A stretch of DNA of 64,000 nt from Podospora anserina. Its lineage: Eukaryota. Positions 48,988 through 61,900 of the stretch are shown piece by piece. The notes beneath the pieces were generated by a model. That model was not told the origin of the DNA, made no database searches, and worked only from the letters and a program-made list of their open reading frames with translations. Where the stretch lies: NCBI GenBank assembly GCA_017654855.1, contig CM030333.1, positions 868,001 to 932,000 on the forward strand, written 5' to 3'. Numbering within the stretch: the stretch's first letter is position 1; every line of letters starts with the position of its first letter. The position numbers and the translations under genes are program-made.

Positions 48988-49510
48988 TTTGACAGATTTT
49001 GTGATGTGGGATTTATGTGCTGAGTGAACGATGTTAGTGGTGAGATGTCGTTGTGTTGGTGATAGGGGCTGCTCAGGGGAAGCTGATGGCGAGCTCAAGT
49101 GGGGGCGGGGTAAAATAGCTACCACCGGCAGAAAAGGGAAACATACAGCTTTCGGTCAGACAGAAAGGTTCGTTGATTCTGAATAGCTTTGTTAGATCTG
49201 GCGGAGCCTGAAAGCAGGTAAGAAATACTTACGTACTGGAGAACCCTGAGTCAAGAATCTTGTGATTGTTCAGTTGAGACAACAGATGAACCTCGGGATG
49301 GTGGCGGCTCGACAGGGATCAGGCTGGGACCTGGGCAATGACGTGCAGCGGCCGCCAAGAAAGGGACGGTTTGGTGCCTCAGGCACTATTGTCTTATCTG
49401 CGAAGCTTCCGGAGAGAGCTGCCAAGAGCTATGACCTAAGCTCCCAAAAGTTTCCTTCAACTCCAGGTTCAAGGGGCATCACCAGAAGTGGGAATTGCCC
49501 AGCTTTCACC

Positions 49511-51283
49511 ATGCCGGTTCCAAGAATAGCCGGTCTACGGGCTGTAGGAGCGCAGAGACTACTTTCCACACCACGAAGAAGCCCGCAAACAGCGCTCAAT
49601 GGAGCTCGTCAATCCCTCGGAATCGACCAGCAAGGCCGTCTAAAGTCGACAACCCCACCACCGGGCGGTGGACAAGGGACAGGTCAACAACAAGGGCAGG
49701 GGAAAGAGGGCGAGCAAGGAGAGGCTCAGAAGGAACAGTTCAAGAAGGGGTTATGGTCAACATTCTGGACGCTATGGAAGAGGGACATGAAGCGAGGATG
49801 GGAAATCACGAAAAAGACATCGCTCAAACAGACATGGAAGGAAGAGCCAATCGGTCTGGTCATCGGCGCCGTTGGTGCGACACTCTCCATGTGTTTCCTC
49901 GCTTTTACCTTTTACCAATACTTTGCCTACTACAACTCTCCCACGTTCACCGTTTTCCCCGAGGACGTCGCCTTCGCGTTGAGGAAAGCTCTCTACTTTG
50001 GTGACTTCAAAAAGGACACCAAGCGCGCGCTGCATTACTACAAGCAGGCTATCGAGCTCTGCCAGGAGCACAAACTCGACCACTTCTCCGACGAGGTGAT
50101 GGGTATCAAGCTCAAGCTCGCCGACTGGCTCGAGAAGATCGACAACCACCGCAACGCTATTCACATTCTCGAGAACCTGCTCTCTGACTGCCAGCGCTGG
50201 ATCGTTGCGTTTGAGAAGGCGGAAAAGGAGGAGATTTTGCCGGGGCAAAAGAACTACAAGCCTCAGCATGCTATCAAGGCTGTGGAAGGTGAGACACCGG
50301 GCGAGGTCAAGATGGTTGTTATCCCACCGCCACCGGTTGAGGAAGAGGGAGGAGCCAAGTCAGAAGGAGAGGCGGCTGCTCAACAACAGCAACAACCACC
50401 ACCACCAACCAACCCAGACGGCACACCTATTCAGCCAAAAGAAACTTTCCGCGGCAAGCGCACACGTCTATTGATGAAGTCGATTGGCATTGCTGTTAAG
50501 CTCGCCTCTCTCTACTCTGATGACCATGTTCTAGAGCGGGAAACCGCCCACGAGAAGCTCGTCTGGGCCGTGGAAACCAACCTCAGAGAACTGGCTCGCC
50601 GGCAAAAGGAGCCCCTCAAAGAAGGAGAGGGCAAATGGATGACACCCGAGGAAATCGGCGGCACGCTCGAATCTCTGGCGCACGACTACCAAGCCCAGGC
50701 CCAGCATCACTTGGCCGTGCCTCTTCTCTTCCAAGCACTAAGAATGTGCGATCAACCATGCCATACAGCCATGCTTAGTATGTTTTTTATTTCATCTCCC
50801 TTTTTTGACCAAATTTTCACTAACATGCGTCTAGTGTCAAACATATCCACCTCATTCGCCGAACACCCCCTCCTCCCACCCGGTGAATCCCCCGTTGATG
50901 CTCTGATGGAGCAAGACGCCTCCAAGATTTTTGCTACAGCCAAGCAGCAGCGCTCTGCGTACTTAGAGGCGGCGGAGAGATGGGCGCAGAACGCGATTGC
51001 GCAGGCGAAGAGGACGACGGGGGAGGAGAGGACTGAGGAGTGCGATCAGGCTTGTGCTGCGGCGGTGATCAATTATGGGTCTATTCTTGCGCTGCAGGGG
51101 AAGACGGAGGAGGCGAGGAAGAAGTTTGAGCAGGCGAGGGAGATGATTGGGAAGATGGAGGGGGGGGATAAGGGGGTGTATGAGAGGGAGGTGGAGGAGG
51201 GGTTGAGGAAGTTGAATGGAGAGGGGGAGGACAAGAAGAAGGCGAAGAAGAAGATTATGCCTGGGGGGGTTGTGCCTAGGTAG
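49511..51283 (+). CDS. Mitochondrial TPR-like membrane protein, Mgr3-like (i-AAA protease adaptor); intron 50778-50834
   Basis: ATG 49511 (ACCATG), basic presequence-like N-terminus, one TM helix, FPEDVAFALRKALYF and helical repeats; 57-nt GTATGT...CTAAC...TAG intron. Mgr3 assignment is from recall. Confidence 0.75.
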   Translation: MPVPRIAGLRAVGAQRLLSTPRRSPQTALNGARQSLGIDQQGRLKSTTPPPGGGQGTGQQQGQGKEGEQGEAQKEQFKKGLWSTFWTLWKRDMKRGWEITKKTSLKQTWKEEPIGLVIGAVGATLSMCFLAFTFYQYFAYYNSPTFTVFPEDVAFALRKALYFGDFKKDTKRALHYYKQAIELCQEHKLDHFSDEVMGIKLKLADWLEKIDNHRNAIHILENLLSDCQRWIVAFEKAEKEEILPGQKNYKPQHAIKAVEGETPGEVKMVVIPPPPVEEEGGAKSEGEAAAQQQQQPPPPTNPDGTPIQPKETFRGKRTRLLMKSIGIAVKLASLYSDDHVLERETAHEKLVWAVETNLRELARRQKEPLKEGEGKWMTPEEIGGTLESLAHDYQAQAQHHLAVPLLFQALRMCDQPCHTAMLSMFFISSPFFDQIFTNMRLVSNISTSFAEHPLLPPGESPVDALMEQDASKIFATAKQQRSAYLEAAERWAQNAIAQAKRTTGEERTEECDQACAAAVINYGSILALQGKTEEARKKFEQAREMIGKMEGGDKGVYEREVEEGLRKLNGEGEDKKKAKKKIMPGGVVPR

Positions 51284-54200
51284 GGTGGGTTGATTAGGGG
51301 GGGGGGAAGGGGGGGGGGAAGGGGCGGGGATTGTGACTGGGGCGGTAGGGGTGGTTGCCTTGAGGGAGCTACAGAGGTGTGCAAAGAGCAGAGGACCATC
51401 CTAGGTTCCAAGACGGAGCTGGGGATTTTGCTGTCGGTTCCCTGGTTTTAGGACCAATGGAAGTGGTAAATGGACGCCCGACAGTTGTCGGTGATGGGCT
51501 GCCGCAGTGGTGACTAACCACTTTATTACTGCCTTGCTTGGTTTATGTCAGCGGCCCAGGCGGGTCTTTTGAAGGTCAGGGGGGGACGGCAGTTGTGCTT
51601 GCCGCACACACACGGAGAGGGAGGGAGGGAGGGAGGGAACATGTCTCCAACACGTGAAGAACCTCTTGGCTAATAACGACATTCAACCCTGACCATACTG
51701 CAGATATCCTGCTGCTGCTGGTGCTGTGATCATTCGGTCCTTTGGTCAGGAGCTACAAGATCTCATTGGACGGGCTGGGTTGGAGCCCCCTGACTGAAGT
51801 AAGCAAGCATATCGGGCATCTAGAGGGCCCTCGGTCTTTATGGCATCTTTCATGAGGCCTCGAATCATATATGGAATACCGAGCATTCCTCAAGTCTGGT
51901 ACTGCTGGTCTCCCTCTCGGGAAGCTCGACCTAATCGAGAAGGAGGAAAAGATACGAAGTGGCCACCTTAGGTACATGGGATATACCTTGAGGAACAGAC
52001 CTCCCTGCAGATTCTGCAGATATGGGATCGGCCCGGGTGTGTGGAACGATGGGTGCTGGTTGATGGAAGTGGCACTCTGAAAGTGGATGATGCTACATGC
52101 CTTGGGCAGTTTGGTTCGAGTTTTGGGCGGAACCGCAGGGCTGAATAGAGGGTTGAGGCTCAACGGGAGGGAGGGAGCGGCAGCCAATGTCCTTGTCCTC
52201 GGTTTCGGTGAGGATTTGCTCAGTGCCTGGACTTTTGTGTGATATAGCTGTTTTGTATTATTATGTGTGTGTGGGGGGTGGAAGGAAAGAGAAAATGATG
52301 ATACCCCTTTCTGTATATATGGAAATTGTAACGAACAATACACAGCTCTCCATGCTTTTTTATCGGCCACTTGTGGTAGAGCTGGAGAGGTTGATACTGT
52401 GAGGGCGGGGGTGTCGTGAAAACTGGGCGAGTCTGGAGATGGGGATTTATTTGGGGATGGCTGGACAAGGGGCTGCTTGTACGAGAGTTTATACTAGATT
52501 AGTTGCTTGTTATCACATAGCTCTGGGCATTCTATCCGTTGATAGCTCTGGTGTAAGGAAAATGGCGTTGACACCTTTGGTTGTAAGCAAGCAAGCTGAT
52601 TAGATAGCTTGGTTGTGAGTACCTATGTTGTAGGATGATCGCATCCGATATAGGGATATGCTAGATGAAGCCTGACCATCAGCTGTTTGTTTTTTATTCT
52701 CTCTGGCATTTCCATCGCAGCTTTGTAACGGCTTTTTCGGACACGATCTTGTCCCGTTCTCCCCCCAGCTTGAGATCCACGTTTTGCTTTCTAGTATTCC
52801 ATCGACATCATCTGCTTACCTACCCCCCTAGCTTACAATATCTTGACCTAAGCTTTACGAATCCTTTTCCGCAGCTTGGAGTTGGATACTTTTCTTGTGT
52901 TCCAGAATAGGAAATATCTAGTTATTTATACGCGAGTTAGCCACGAGTTTCTTGGCTGGGCGGTTAGCCGTCAGCATGTCATTCATTCATTCATTCATAC
53001 CTAACCAGAGGTAGCCGAAACCTGCTTGGCTCTCGGTGACCCATCATCACATCATCCATTTTGATAATGAGACCTACCTAGGCTTTTCGGTCGAGGCCGC
53101 TGCAGCTGTATTCTTTATTCCAAACTCTGGACAGCATGAATACTACTCTGGACATCAGAGAGTGCATGAATAGATGGAAACCCTTGGCATCGGCCCATGT
53201 AAGCCCTCCTCGCAAAAAATGCCTTGAGGGTACCTGGTAGTCAAAGCATACCTAGGCCTGCTACAGTGTAGTAGTCCACTCCCATCACGACAGTCTATAA
53301 CCCCTACTTCGACGGCTCAGCCCGCCGCCACCGCACCAAACTCCCCCCAACCAACCAATATGAACCTCTTGAACAAGAACACGCAAAAGAAAATGACGAC
53401 ACTATCAGACCACTTCTGCGTCGTCCATCCCGTGTCTCGATATGCAACACGATCTAATCTTCCCTCTCCCGCAGACGACGACGGAATTGCGGGATAGCGG
53501 CGAGACATCACCGAACCCGGGCAGCCAGCCAGCCAGCCCCAAGTAACAAGGCTGGCAAAGGTACCCGTGAAAGGAGGGTGCGGCTGGGACAGGGGTTGTA
53601 AAGGTTGCAATCTTGCATGAAGAAAATTGTTAAGGTCACCGCTCCCGTCGCTATTTGCTGGGAAACCTCTCAAAACACGTGGAGAATGAGCAGGCGAACG
53701 GGCCTGGCTTGCATTAGGGTCGGTCGTGATGGAGGGGAGGTGGGTGGTCTTGGGAGTCGACCAATCGGGGCTGCAGCGCATAACCAAGACTGAAATGGAA
53801 ATTCTGCGTGTTCAATCATGGTCATTGGAATTCGACATGTTTATTGCAATTGCGTCCTCATCGTGGCGAGGGCATCGCTGTCGGGGGGGATCGGACCCTC
53901 AGGGTTACTGCCAATATGGATCATCAGGATGTTTTGTACGCAAAGCTACGATGCTGATTTGGTCTCGTGTGCAATGTAGGTGGCTTGTTGCCGATACTAT
54001 TCCGTCTGGGGTTTGTGGAAATCTTTCCGCGTGTGTGTCTCCATTAGGATCCAACCTCTTTCAATAGTGCTAACAACACAGCTCGTGTTTCTGCATACGC
54101 AAGGTATACTTCCGAATTGCAGGCCCACGACGAGAAAAAGAGGTGGTGTCTTTCATTCTAGAAGCCCTGAGGAGAGTGGGCGTCTGCAGGAAATACGGGT

Positions 54201-57200
54201 GCCTGGCCTGGATGCACTACATGGTTGTTTCGGAGGACAGTTTTGGCTGGCGATATGTCAAACAGACGCTTGAGGCTGGCCAGATGAGGACTTGTGCCGC
54301 TTTTGAGCAGGGCAAGGGTCCGTCCTTGCTATGTGCTCCGGAGGGGGTTCCGAGGACCTCTGTATACACCAGCAAGGGCGTTGAGTTGGACGTCCGAAGT
54401 CGACCTTTGCATGCTCTAAAGCACATACCGCGCTCAGACAAGACCTACACTGGGAAGGTAACCTGAATTCGATGTGAAGTCCAACCGAGCCAGCTCGAAG
54501 GTCGCAACTGTGGCTGCTGATAGGTTCCCGGGCATACTGTCGGTCAATCAACTGTGTAACCTGACGAAACCGTTGTCAGGTCTTTTGTTGTGGCCACGGG
54601 GATAAGACTCTGAGCGTGTCATTGGAGAGCTTCTGGGGTTCTGGATGCCAGGTTCTTCATCTGACGTGGGATGAAGTGTTGGGCACCCACGAGCGCATAT
54701 CGAGGAACCTTGAATGTTCTAGAGAGAGAGGAAGGAGAAGGCATCGGATGTGGACCCCAACCGCGCTCCGATGGTGTTGATCATGTAACTGGTGTGTGGA
54801 TGTGATCAAGGCAGAGAGCAATGGAAGTTGATAAGCGTCCATAAGCCAGCTGTCAGCCTCGGTCAGCGTGTGGGGTAAGGTTGTCGGGGTGCCTGCCAAA
54901 CATGGGGCGTCAGGCGACCATTTGATTGGTTCATTAGTCTCAAAAGGCGGAGTCTTGGCTTGGGGTTAAGCTTAAATATGGATTGGTCCGAGCGTCTGTC
55001 GTCTTCCTTTAGGACACTGAGACCCACTCTTCCGAACCTCCTCGATTCCATCTTTGCTACTCCTGGCGTAAGTGGCAGACATGCAAAGTGTGCTCTAAGC
55101 GATGCGCCTAATACTTCCTCGATGTGAACTGCGAGCGGGCCGTCTGCCCGTACTTGGGGTGACACCCATCAATCTCACCACTGGTCTTGGCAGCCCCCAA
55201 CGCTCAAGAGAGAAAGTCGAGATTTGGGCCCCCAGGTCATTTTCGGTGCCCTTTTAGCGAGTCCAAGTATTTCTATGTGAGTACCTGTATGTCTGCGGGC
55301 TTCGTTGACGTTTTTCTCTTTCTCCCGGCCCAGATATATCCAGGGATCAGTCAAACCACAGAAGCTCCACGAGTCGAGATCTCTGCATATCAGATCTGGT
55401 TAAGGTTATCCCGTCAGAGCCTTGTTTGCTGCAGTACGGCCATGCATTACTCGACGGGCCGCTGGCTAATAAATCTTGGCGCTCTTTATCGTGGGCTTTG
55501 TGGGTGTCGTCCAAGTCAGCTCCGGACCCAGAGGTATGGTTCTGTCGGAACACCAACGCCACAAAGGCTACTGCGTCAACCGTATGCTATACGATGTATT
55601 GTATCTTGAAGCTGCTTCTTGTACAGCCGTTTCTTGCTCGGACTGATTAGCTGAACATAGCACCAGCTCGTAGCTTGGACACAAACTGGGCGAGAGTAAA
55701 GCAAGCTAGTTTTTGCCTCACGATAAGAAACGGAGAGCAGGGAAGGAGGGGACTAGACGCAACGTGGTCAACCGCACCCTTGCATGAACCTGCATCGGTG
55801 CCAGTAATAGTAATATCTAGTGAGCAAGATCATGTATCTAAATCTCTGCAACCCCGCTCCCGTAGAGGCCGATAGCCGAATATGATTGTCTCCCTCGATG
55901 CCTGGCCTGATTCCAGGTTGACATTTTAGAAACACTATGTTTGGAATCACTGTTAAGAAGTGCCCCGCAAGAACCCCGGGGTAGTGGCCAAGGGGGGGAT
56001 CAGGATTGACGGAAAAAAGACCCTGGGAAATCGATACATCTCATCTTCAACAGCACAACATCTACCCCACAGACGCAGACCATCTATCGTCCAAGGTATG
56101 TTCGACAGAGACATGATCCCAGGCAACAACGTTTTCAGTGCTGCCAGTGGACGGCCAAGCTACACCTTGATTGATTAGCTCCCAGCCACATCCAGCCCAT
56201 ATTGTTCAGGAGGGTGTTTCGGCAGCTGCCGGTCTTTTTGGCCATGACGGCCCCCACTGACCAGAAATCCCCACAATCCCTTCCCGGTCTCATTGCCGTC
56301 GAGCTCAGGGGACGCGTACCTCACGCTGGGCGCAATATCGAGCAGGCCTTTTCCGTGCTCAAGTTCATGAAGATAGATCAGGTCCTGCGCAGCAGAAGCA
56401 CGAGACCGGCGTGAAAGCACACCAATGGCAGCAAGCATGGCGCAATGTCTCTTGTCTCTTGTCTCTCGTGATAAGATAATCAGCCTGGGTATCTTGGGAA
56501 GGTGGGGATGACTGAGGTGTAGCATGCAGTTTGGTTAAGCTTTTCGACCACGATGAATTGAGGAACGCGTGAAACGGACAGAGGCATCCGCGCTCCACTG
56601 GCCGCTGCCCCATACTCGTCTCTTCCAGGTTGTTTTTACACCTCAACATGGAACCTGTTGCCTTCAAGAAAGAATTCCAATGATCGCCGTTTTCTGGCTA
56701 CCTACCTTACGTATTACACCGACAATCCTTTAGGTGAATCCCGTCGGCAGCGGCGCCTAATCAGGTTGGTGTCTCCCCTGCCCGACGCTAGACCCGACGT
56801 CTCGGGCAGCGATTTCTACGACTGGGCGGCTCGTATAACCGCGTCCGCCATCACCATCATCCCACCAAATCATTAGTTCTAGCACCGTTTCATCCCCCAC
56901 AGCAGAAATCCAAACAGGAAACCGTTTCGTCTTCTTTCTGCCTCCAGGCCTCACATTACCGCTTCACGAGAGAGTAGACGACATGTTTGTCATCCTTTAT
57001 TCCGCTGCGAAAAATTGCAATGTTGCTGACAGAGATGGACAGAAGGTTGCAAATATGCAAAGAGACGCCTTCCTCCACCAATCATGAGCGCCGGACGGGG
57101 CGAGTTTCTAGAGCAATACCTTGGCGGCTGAAACCCTCTTGTTCAACAGCGTCCCATTACTCAGTGCAGGCAGCCTTGGGGAGTGGAGATGGTGTTCTGC

Positions 57201-58252
57201 TCCAAGCCTTACAGGGCAGCGCCGTCCAGTGGCGCGGGTCTAACCAGCTTTCGGCACGTACACGTCCTGTCTGTCGATATTGCTCTGTTGGAAATGATTT
57301 CGTATTGTTTACTCATCATTTGCTTTGTTAAATCCGTAACGAAACCTGATATTTTGACGTCACTCTCGACAACACCGAATTCCCGGCCGCTGTCATTCTC
57401 GATGCTCGCAGGCATGACAAGGATAGAAGATTATGAAAGCATGGAACACCTCGGGGCTTCGCGCTATCTGCTGACTTTTGTGAGCGCTGCAGGTGAGAGA
57501 TATCGTGAGTTTCTACTGGCCCATCAGCATAGCTCGCTCCGAATGGGGAAAGTAGGGCTGAATTGGATTTCACAATACCGAACGGCGGCCCCGAGAATAC
57601 ACCGTTAGTCGGTTCAATCCCAGGAGGAACCGGTTCTCTGAATTGCGTGTGTCTAAGCCCGACATCACCTCAACACTTGACCTATGGAGAATTGTTCCCA
57701 AGGGGACTCGGATAAGGAGTCTACAGTTCTTTCCGGCCGTCACTTTATGAGCAAAGTCCCTGCAAACCAGACGCATTACAATGCGGAAGCATGTGCAGAA
57801 GGGCGGTCTCCAGATTGCGTCCTGGGGTCCCATCTCATGCAGCTCGCGGTACAAAGTACTTTGCTAGCTTGACTGACCCCTGAACCCCCCGCTCCCCCTC
57901 CATCATATGCTCCCCACTTGGGACCCCTGTTGACAGCCCAAGATACATTGTACACACGAAGGAGTTGCCTCGACTACATCGACATGTACCCTCAACCCGA
58001 CGCCGCTGCCATGCGGGTTGGCCTCGCCTCACACCGTGGAGACCTCCTGTCAACAGCCGTTCTGGGTCCGGTATCAGGCTCTTGCTGGATATAATAACAC
58101 GCTCCCCGGTCTTCATCAGCCTTGGCCTCGAGACGCAGCTTACTTGCTTCACTCATCCTCACTTTGACCACGTCAAGTCTTAGTCACATACTCGCCACCT
58201 GCTTCTTGCTTTGTAGATCCTGACATACATCAAGCTTCTCATTAACAACGAC

Positions 58253-58994
58253 ATGGAAGATTTTGGAAGCGCTCTCGACATGCCTTCACCTTCCAACTCA
58301 CTATATTACGTGTATGGGGACGGAGAACACTACTCCTCTGGCTCACAAAGCCCCAGCAACTCGACCGTGAGTCTTTATTCATCCATAGAACGGACAGTGC
58401 TGACAGTCAAATCAAGTACGACATGGCGTCCACGGCAGATCTCACTAGCTTTGCCAGCGTGTACCCAAATACGGAACACGAGGAGGAGTCAGGACCGCAG
58501 GATCAACAACAAAAGCCAGCAGCCAAGAGAAAACGCGAGAACCGCTACAAGAATGCCCCTCCCTCCGTCTTGTCGGTAAGTAAAATCCTCGTGCGGCGGC
58601 CAATTACTGACCGTCACGCTCGTGACTTGACCCCTCCTTGCTTCCGAATATCCACTGACATATTGTCTGCAATCAGAGGCGTCGAGCACAGAACCGTGCT
58701 TCACAGAGGGCTTACCGGGAGCGGAAGGATCAGAGAATCAAGGACCTTGAGCAGATGCTCAATGATGCCAAGCAGCGGAACGATGTTCTCAACCAGGCCT
58801 ACGCAGCGCTCCATGCTGAATATGTCTCCCTCAGACGGTCTCGGCTCGAAGACCAGCAATACCACCACCAGCAACCCGATTTGACATATGGTAACTCGCA
58901 TCACGGCATGGGATTGGAGGCGACAGGAACCGAGGGACTGGATATGGAGTTGTTTGTCTATCCGGATCTAAATCCAGGATATTCGCTCAACTGA
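58253..58994 (+). CDS. bZIP transcription factor (Yap/AP-1-like basic region); introns 58367-58416 and 58576-58676
   Basis: Spliced KRENRYKNAPPSVLS-RRRAQNRASQRAYRERKDQRIKDLE followed by a leucine zipper; both introns canonical and phase 0. Confidence 0.9.
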
Positions 58995-61900
58995 GACAAT
59001 ACACTCGGCCATTCCTTCTGGGCCGGCCGAATCTCCTCGAGGATTCTATCCATCCCTTCGGAACCGCCGAAGCATGATTCGTCCGGACACTCTCACCGAG
59101 GATACACACATTCTGAAGACATGCGCTGTTTTCTGCTCGTTCTGAGGGCTTGACGAGAGCAGGCTTTCTTGTGCTGCGGGGCTGTCCTGTTGTGGTTGGA
59201 TATCAGCGGCAATCACGTCACTGTGATAGGAGGAGCGCCTGTCGATATCGAATCGGAGAGGGTGGGTGGCTGCATGTTCCAATCGACGAGGAAGAAGATT
59301 GGGGAATACACCTTCCAGGTTTGATTCTTCGGGGTGAGGCTACCCCGAAAACAGAGGCCATGGTGGACGGCATGACCAAGCTGGGGCTCAAACAGACGGC
59401 CTTGCTCGGCATCTCGCGGAACTTTCCCTCTGCCCGCGCAGACTGGGGGGCATCTCGGTTGTGCTCTTTTGCATTTTGGGCTTGCGTGTAAGTGGTGCAC
59501 ACAGAGTCTCCCGCTTTGCTCGACTCACCGAATTGGGGGAGCGGGGCATATGCATGCATGCACTTTGGGGACTGCGGGCGTGATTCACTCAGCCTTCTTT
59601 TTCATTTTGGTTTCTGCTCTGTACTACAAATGGCTACGATAGGCAGGAGATTGGGAGGCATTTGCTTGATGATACCACGGGAAATTAGTATGCGGAGGAA
59701 ATATATATATGTGTAATTCTATTGATGATATCTCACTCATATGATTGGATAGATGATCTCTATAACTGTCATCATTCCACTGCTTCAATAGGGAAATATT
59801 ACCACAATGGGGAGCTTCGCTTAGCAAAGACAAAAGAAGAAATGTTGACTAGGTCACATGTCTGGTTGGGTACTTGATAACATTTGGAATGACTGGAATA
59901 TGGAAAACAAGCCGAAACCACGGGTGCCAGACTTGGGACCGTACATTTGCTTCACAAGCCACAAATCTCGCATGAAACCAAACGATTTTATGACGCACCA
60001 ACTTACAGGAAATCATCAAGTTCATGACGCCTGTCATGATGGCTTAGACAGACCAAGACTCAGATTATCAAGGATATATCGTCTTGACTGGGTTCATGTA
60101 GACTAGAATCTCACCAGGATACGCTGCTTACGCTTGGTAGGTACACACGTACTCGCAGAGAAATCTTACTGGCTGGGCGGGATCTAAACGCGCCTGAGGA
60201 AGGCGCAGTGTCTTGTGTACAGTTTTCGTCACCGAGGGGGCAGAGTTCTGATTGTGTGGAGGTCTGTCCATGATATCAAGTGCTTCTTACCTACCGGCTT
60301 GTTCTTTTCGTCATAGGTAGGTGTGCTGTTGATGGTTTTAGAGGGGAAAGCGAAAACCCGGGGATCAGTGAGGCTTGCTTCGCGCCAGCAAGTTTGAGCA
60401 ATGAGAGAGGAAAAGATCTTGTTCCTACTACAACTTCTTCCTTTCAGGCTCGCAGGTGTGTGGTCCGATCGGGGTTAGGTGCTGAGCAACGGAACCTTCC
60501 GAGGTCGTACATGGTATAAAGATGTTGTACTGGCAAGAAAGGATGCCTACTGCGTAAGGCGCCTTCGACGGGGTCTGAGACATGACGGACGATATTGGAA
60601 GCCGGAAGGTCAGCGGAATTGTCGGTATTGGCGCGGATGAGGAAGATGAAGCTAGTGGGCGTGTGGCGTTTGGTGGGTTAGGGTGGTGTGTGTAGGTAGG
60701 TGAGCGCTAAGGTTCCGGAGTGGGTGTTTTAGGATTGGTTGGACCGGAGATGGGAAAAGGAGGTGATGGCACCCGAACGACGACACAAAACGGAGTTTGG
60801 GCGCGGCCGTGGATGGGGGCTTGAGGTTGACCAAGTTGTTCGATGGGTGGATGATGGCGGGGGATGACATCGTGCCTGTCGATCTGGGTGTGTCTGGTGC
60901 AGAAGGCTTACTTTGTTGCCATGCTATGCTTCCTCATCCTAGGTAGCTGAGTGATAGCCTGGAAAGCTGGGGTAGGGCTTTGGATATGGAATGACGGCCG
61001 TGATGGTCATCATCGTCATGGCATAGGACAGCCATAATTGCGGACAACTGGCCAGGGGAAGCCCTGAGGGGGGTTGAATAAGGTGCTGCCTTGAGTTGAG
61101 ATGTAAGTGTCGTATAGTGAAGGCGGTCAGGAGACGGAGATAGCGAGTTGACGATGTGCAAAGTGCTGTGTCCTCATGAAGTTTCGACGTCTTGGGCGAC
61201 ATGAAGGGAATGGTGGTGTTGACGGTATATCGTAAACCAAAAGGGAAGAGCACAATGACGGAATCACCGTTATCGGAACAATCCCGCGATCCTCATGCAG
61301 TATCAACCTCAGCTGGGACTTGGCAATTGGCTGTCACTTTGTGTTTCTGTTTTTCGTTGGTTTGCAAGGTATATTCTGTGAGGGGGAGAAGATCAAATCA
61401 ATTTTGGTGTGCGGAATGAAAAAGTGTGGGTTCTGACTGTGGAAGGAGCGATGACGTTGGCGTTGGCCGTTCCTTCCTCAGTCAGCTCTGAAGAGCATGT
61501 ATGTGGACGGTGACTTCCCTCTTCGACCACGCGATTACTGGACTGAAGTTTTTCACTTTTTTGAACTGCTTTGCAAGTACGGTCATTTCCTTCATGTATC
61601 TGATACTTCCGTTGAAGGTTCCCAAAGTCAACAATAACGCCATACCAGTCCTGTCAGCACTCTTCTTGATTTCGATCGACACAGCCCGGGTGGCTTTACA
61701 ATACGATTGTTGACGCCTTGCCACATATAATATGCTTCTCAGCAGTCCTTTTCTGCCATCAGCCAAGTCTTGTTCATGGAAGCCTTGCCCTTCAAGCTGC
61801 TCGCCCGGCCTGGCCCGCTCCGTAGATGAGTGCGGATCGCTTTCGTCCTTGGTGTTGACGATCTGGATGCTGACAACACCGTTTCTGGCGCAGGCGGCAA

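Noticed and set aside
60445-60520. tRNA-like look (GGTGTGTGGTCCGATCGGGGTTAGG)
   Set aside because: No T-loop GTTCRA and no acceptor stem found.
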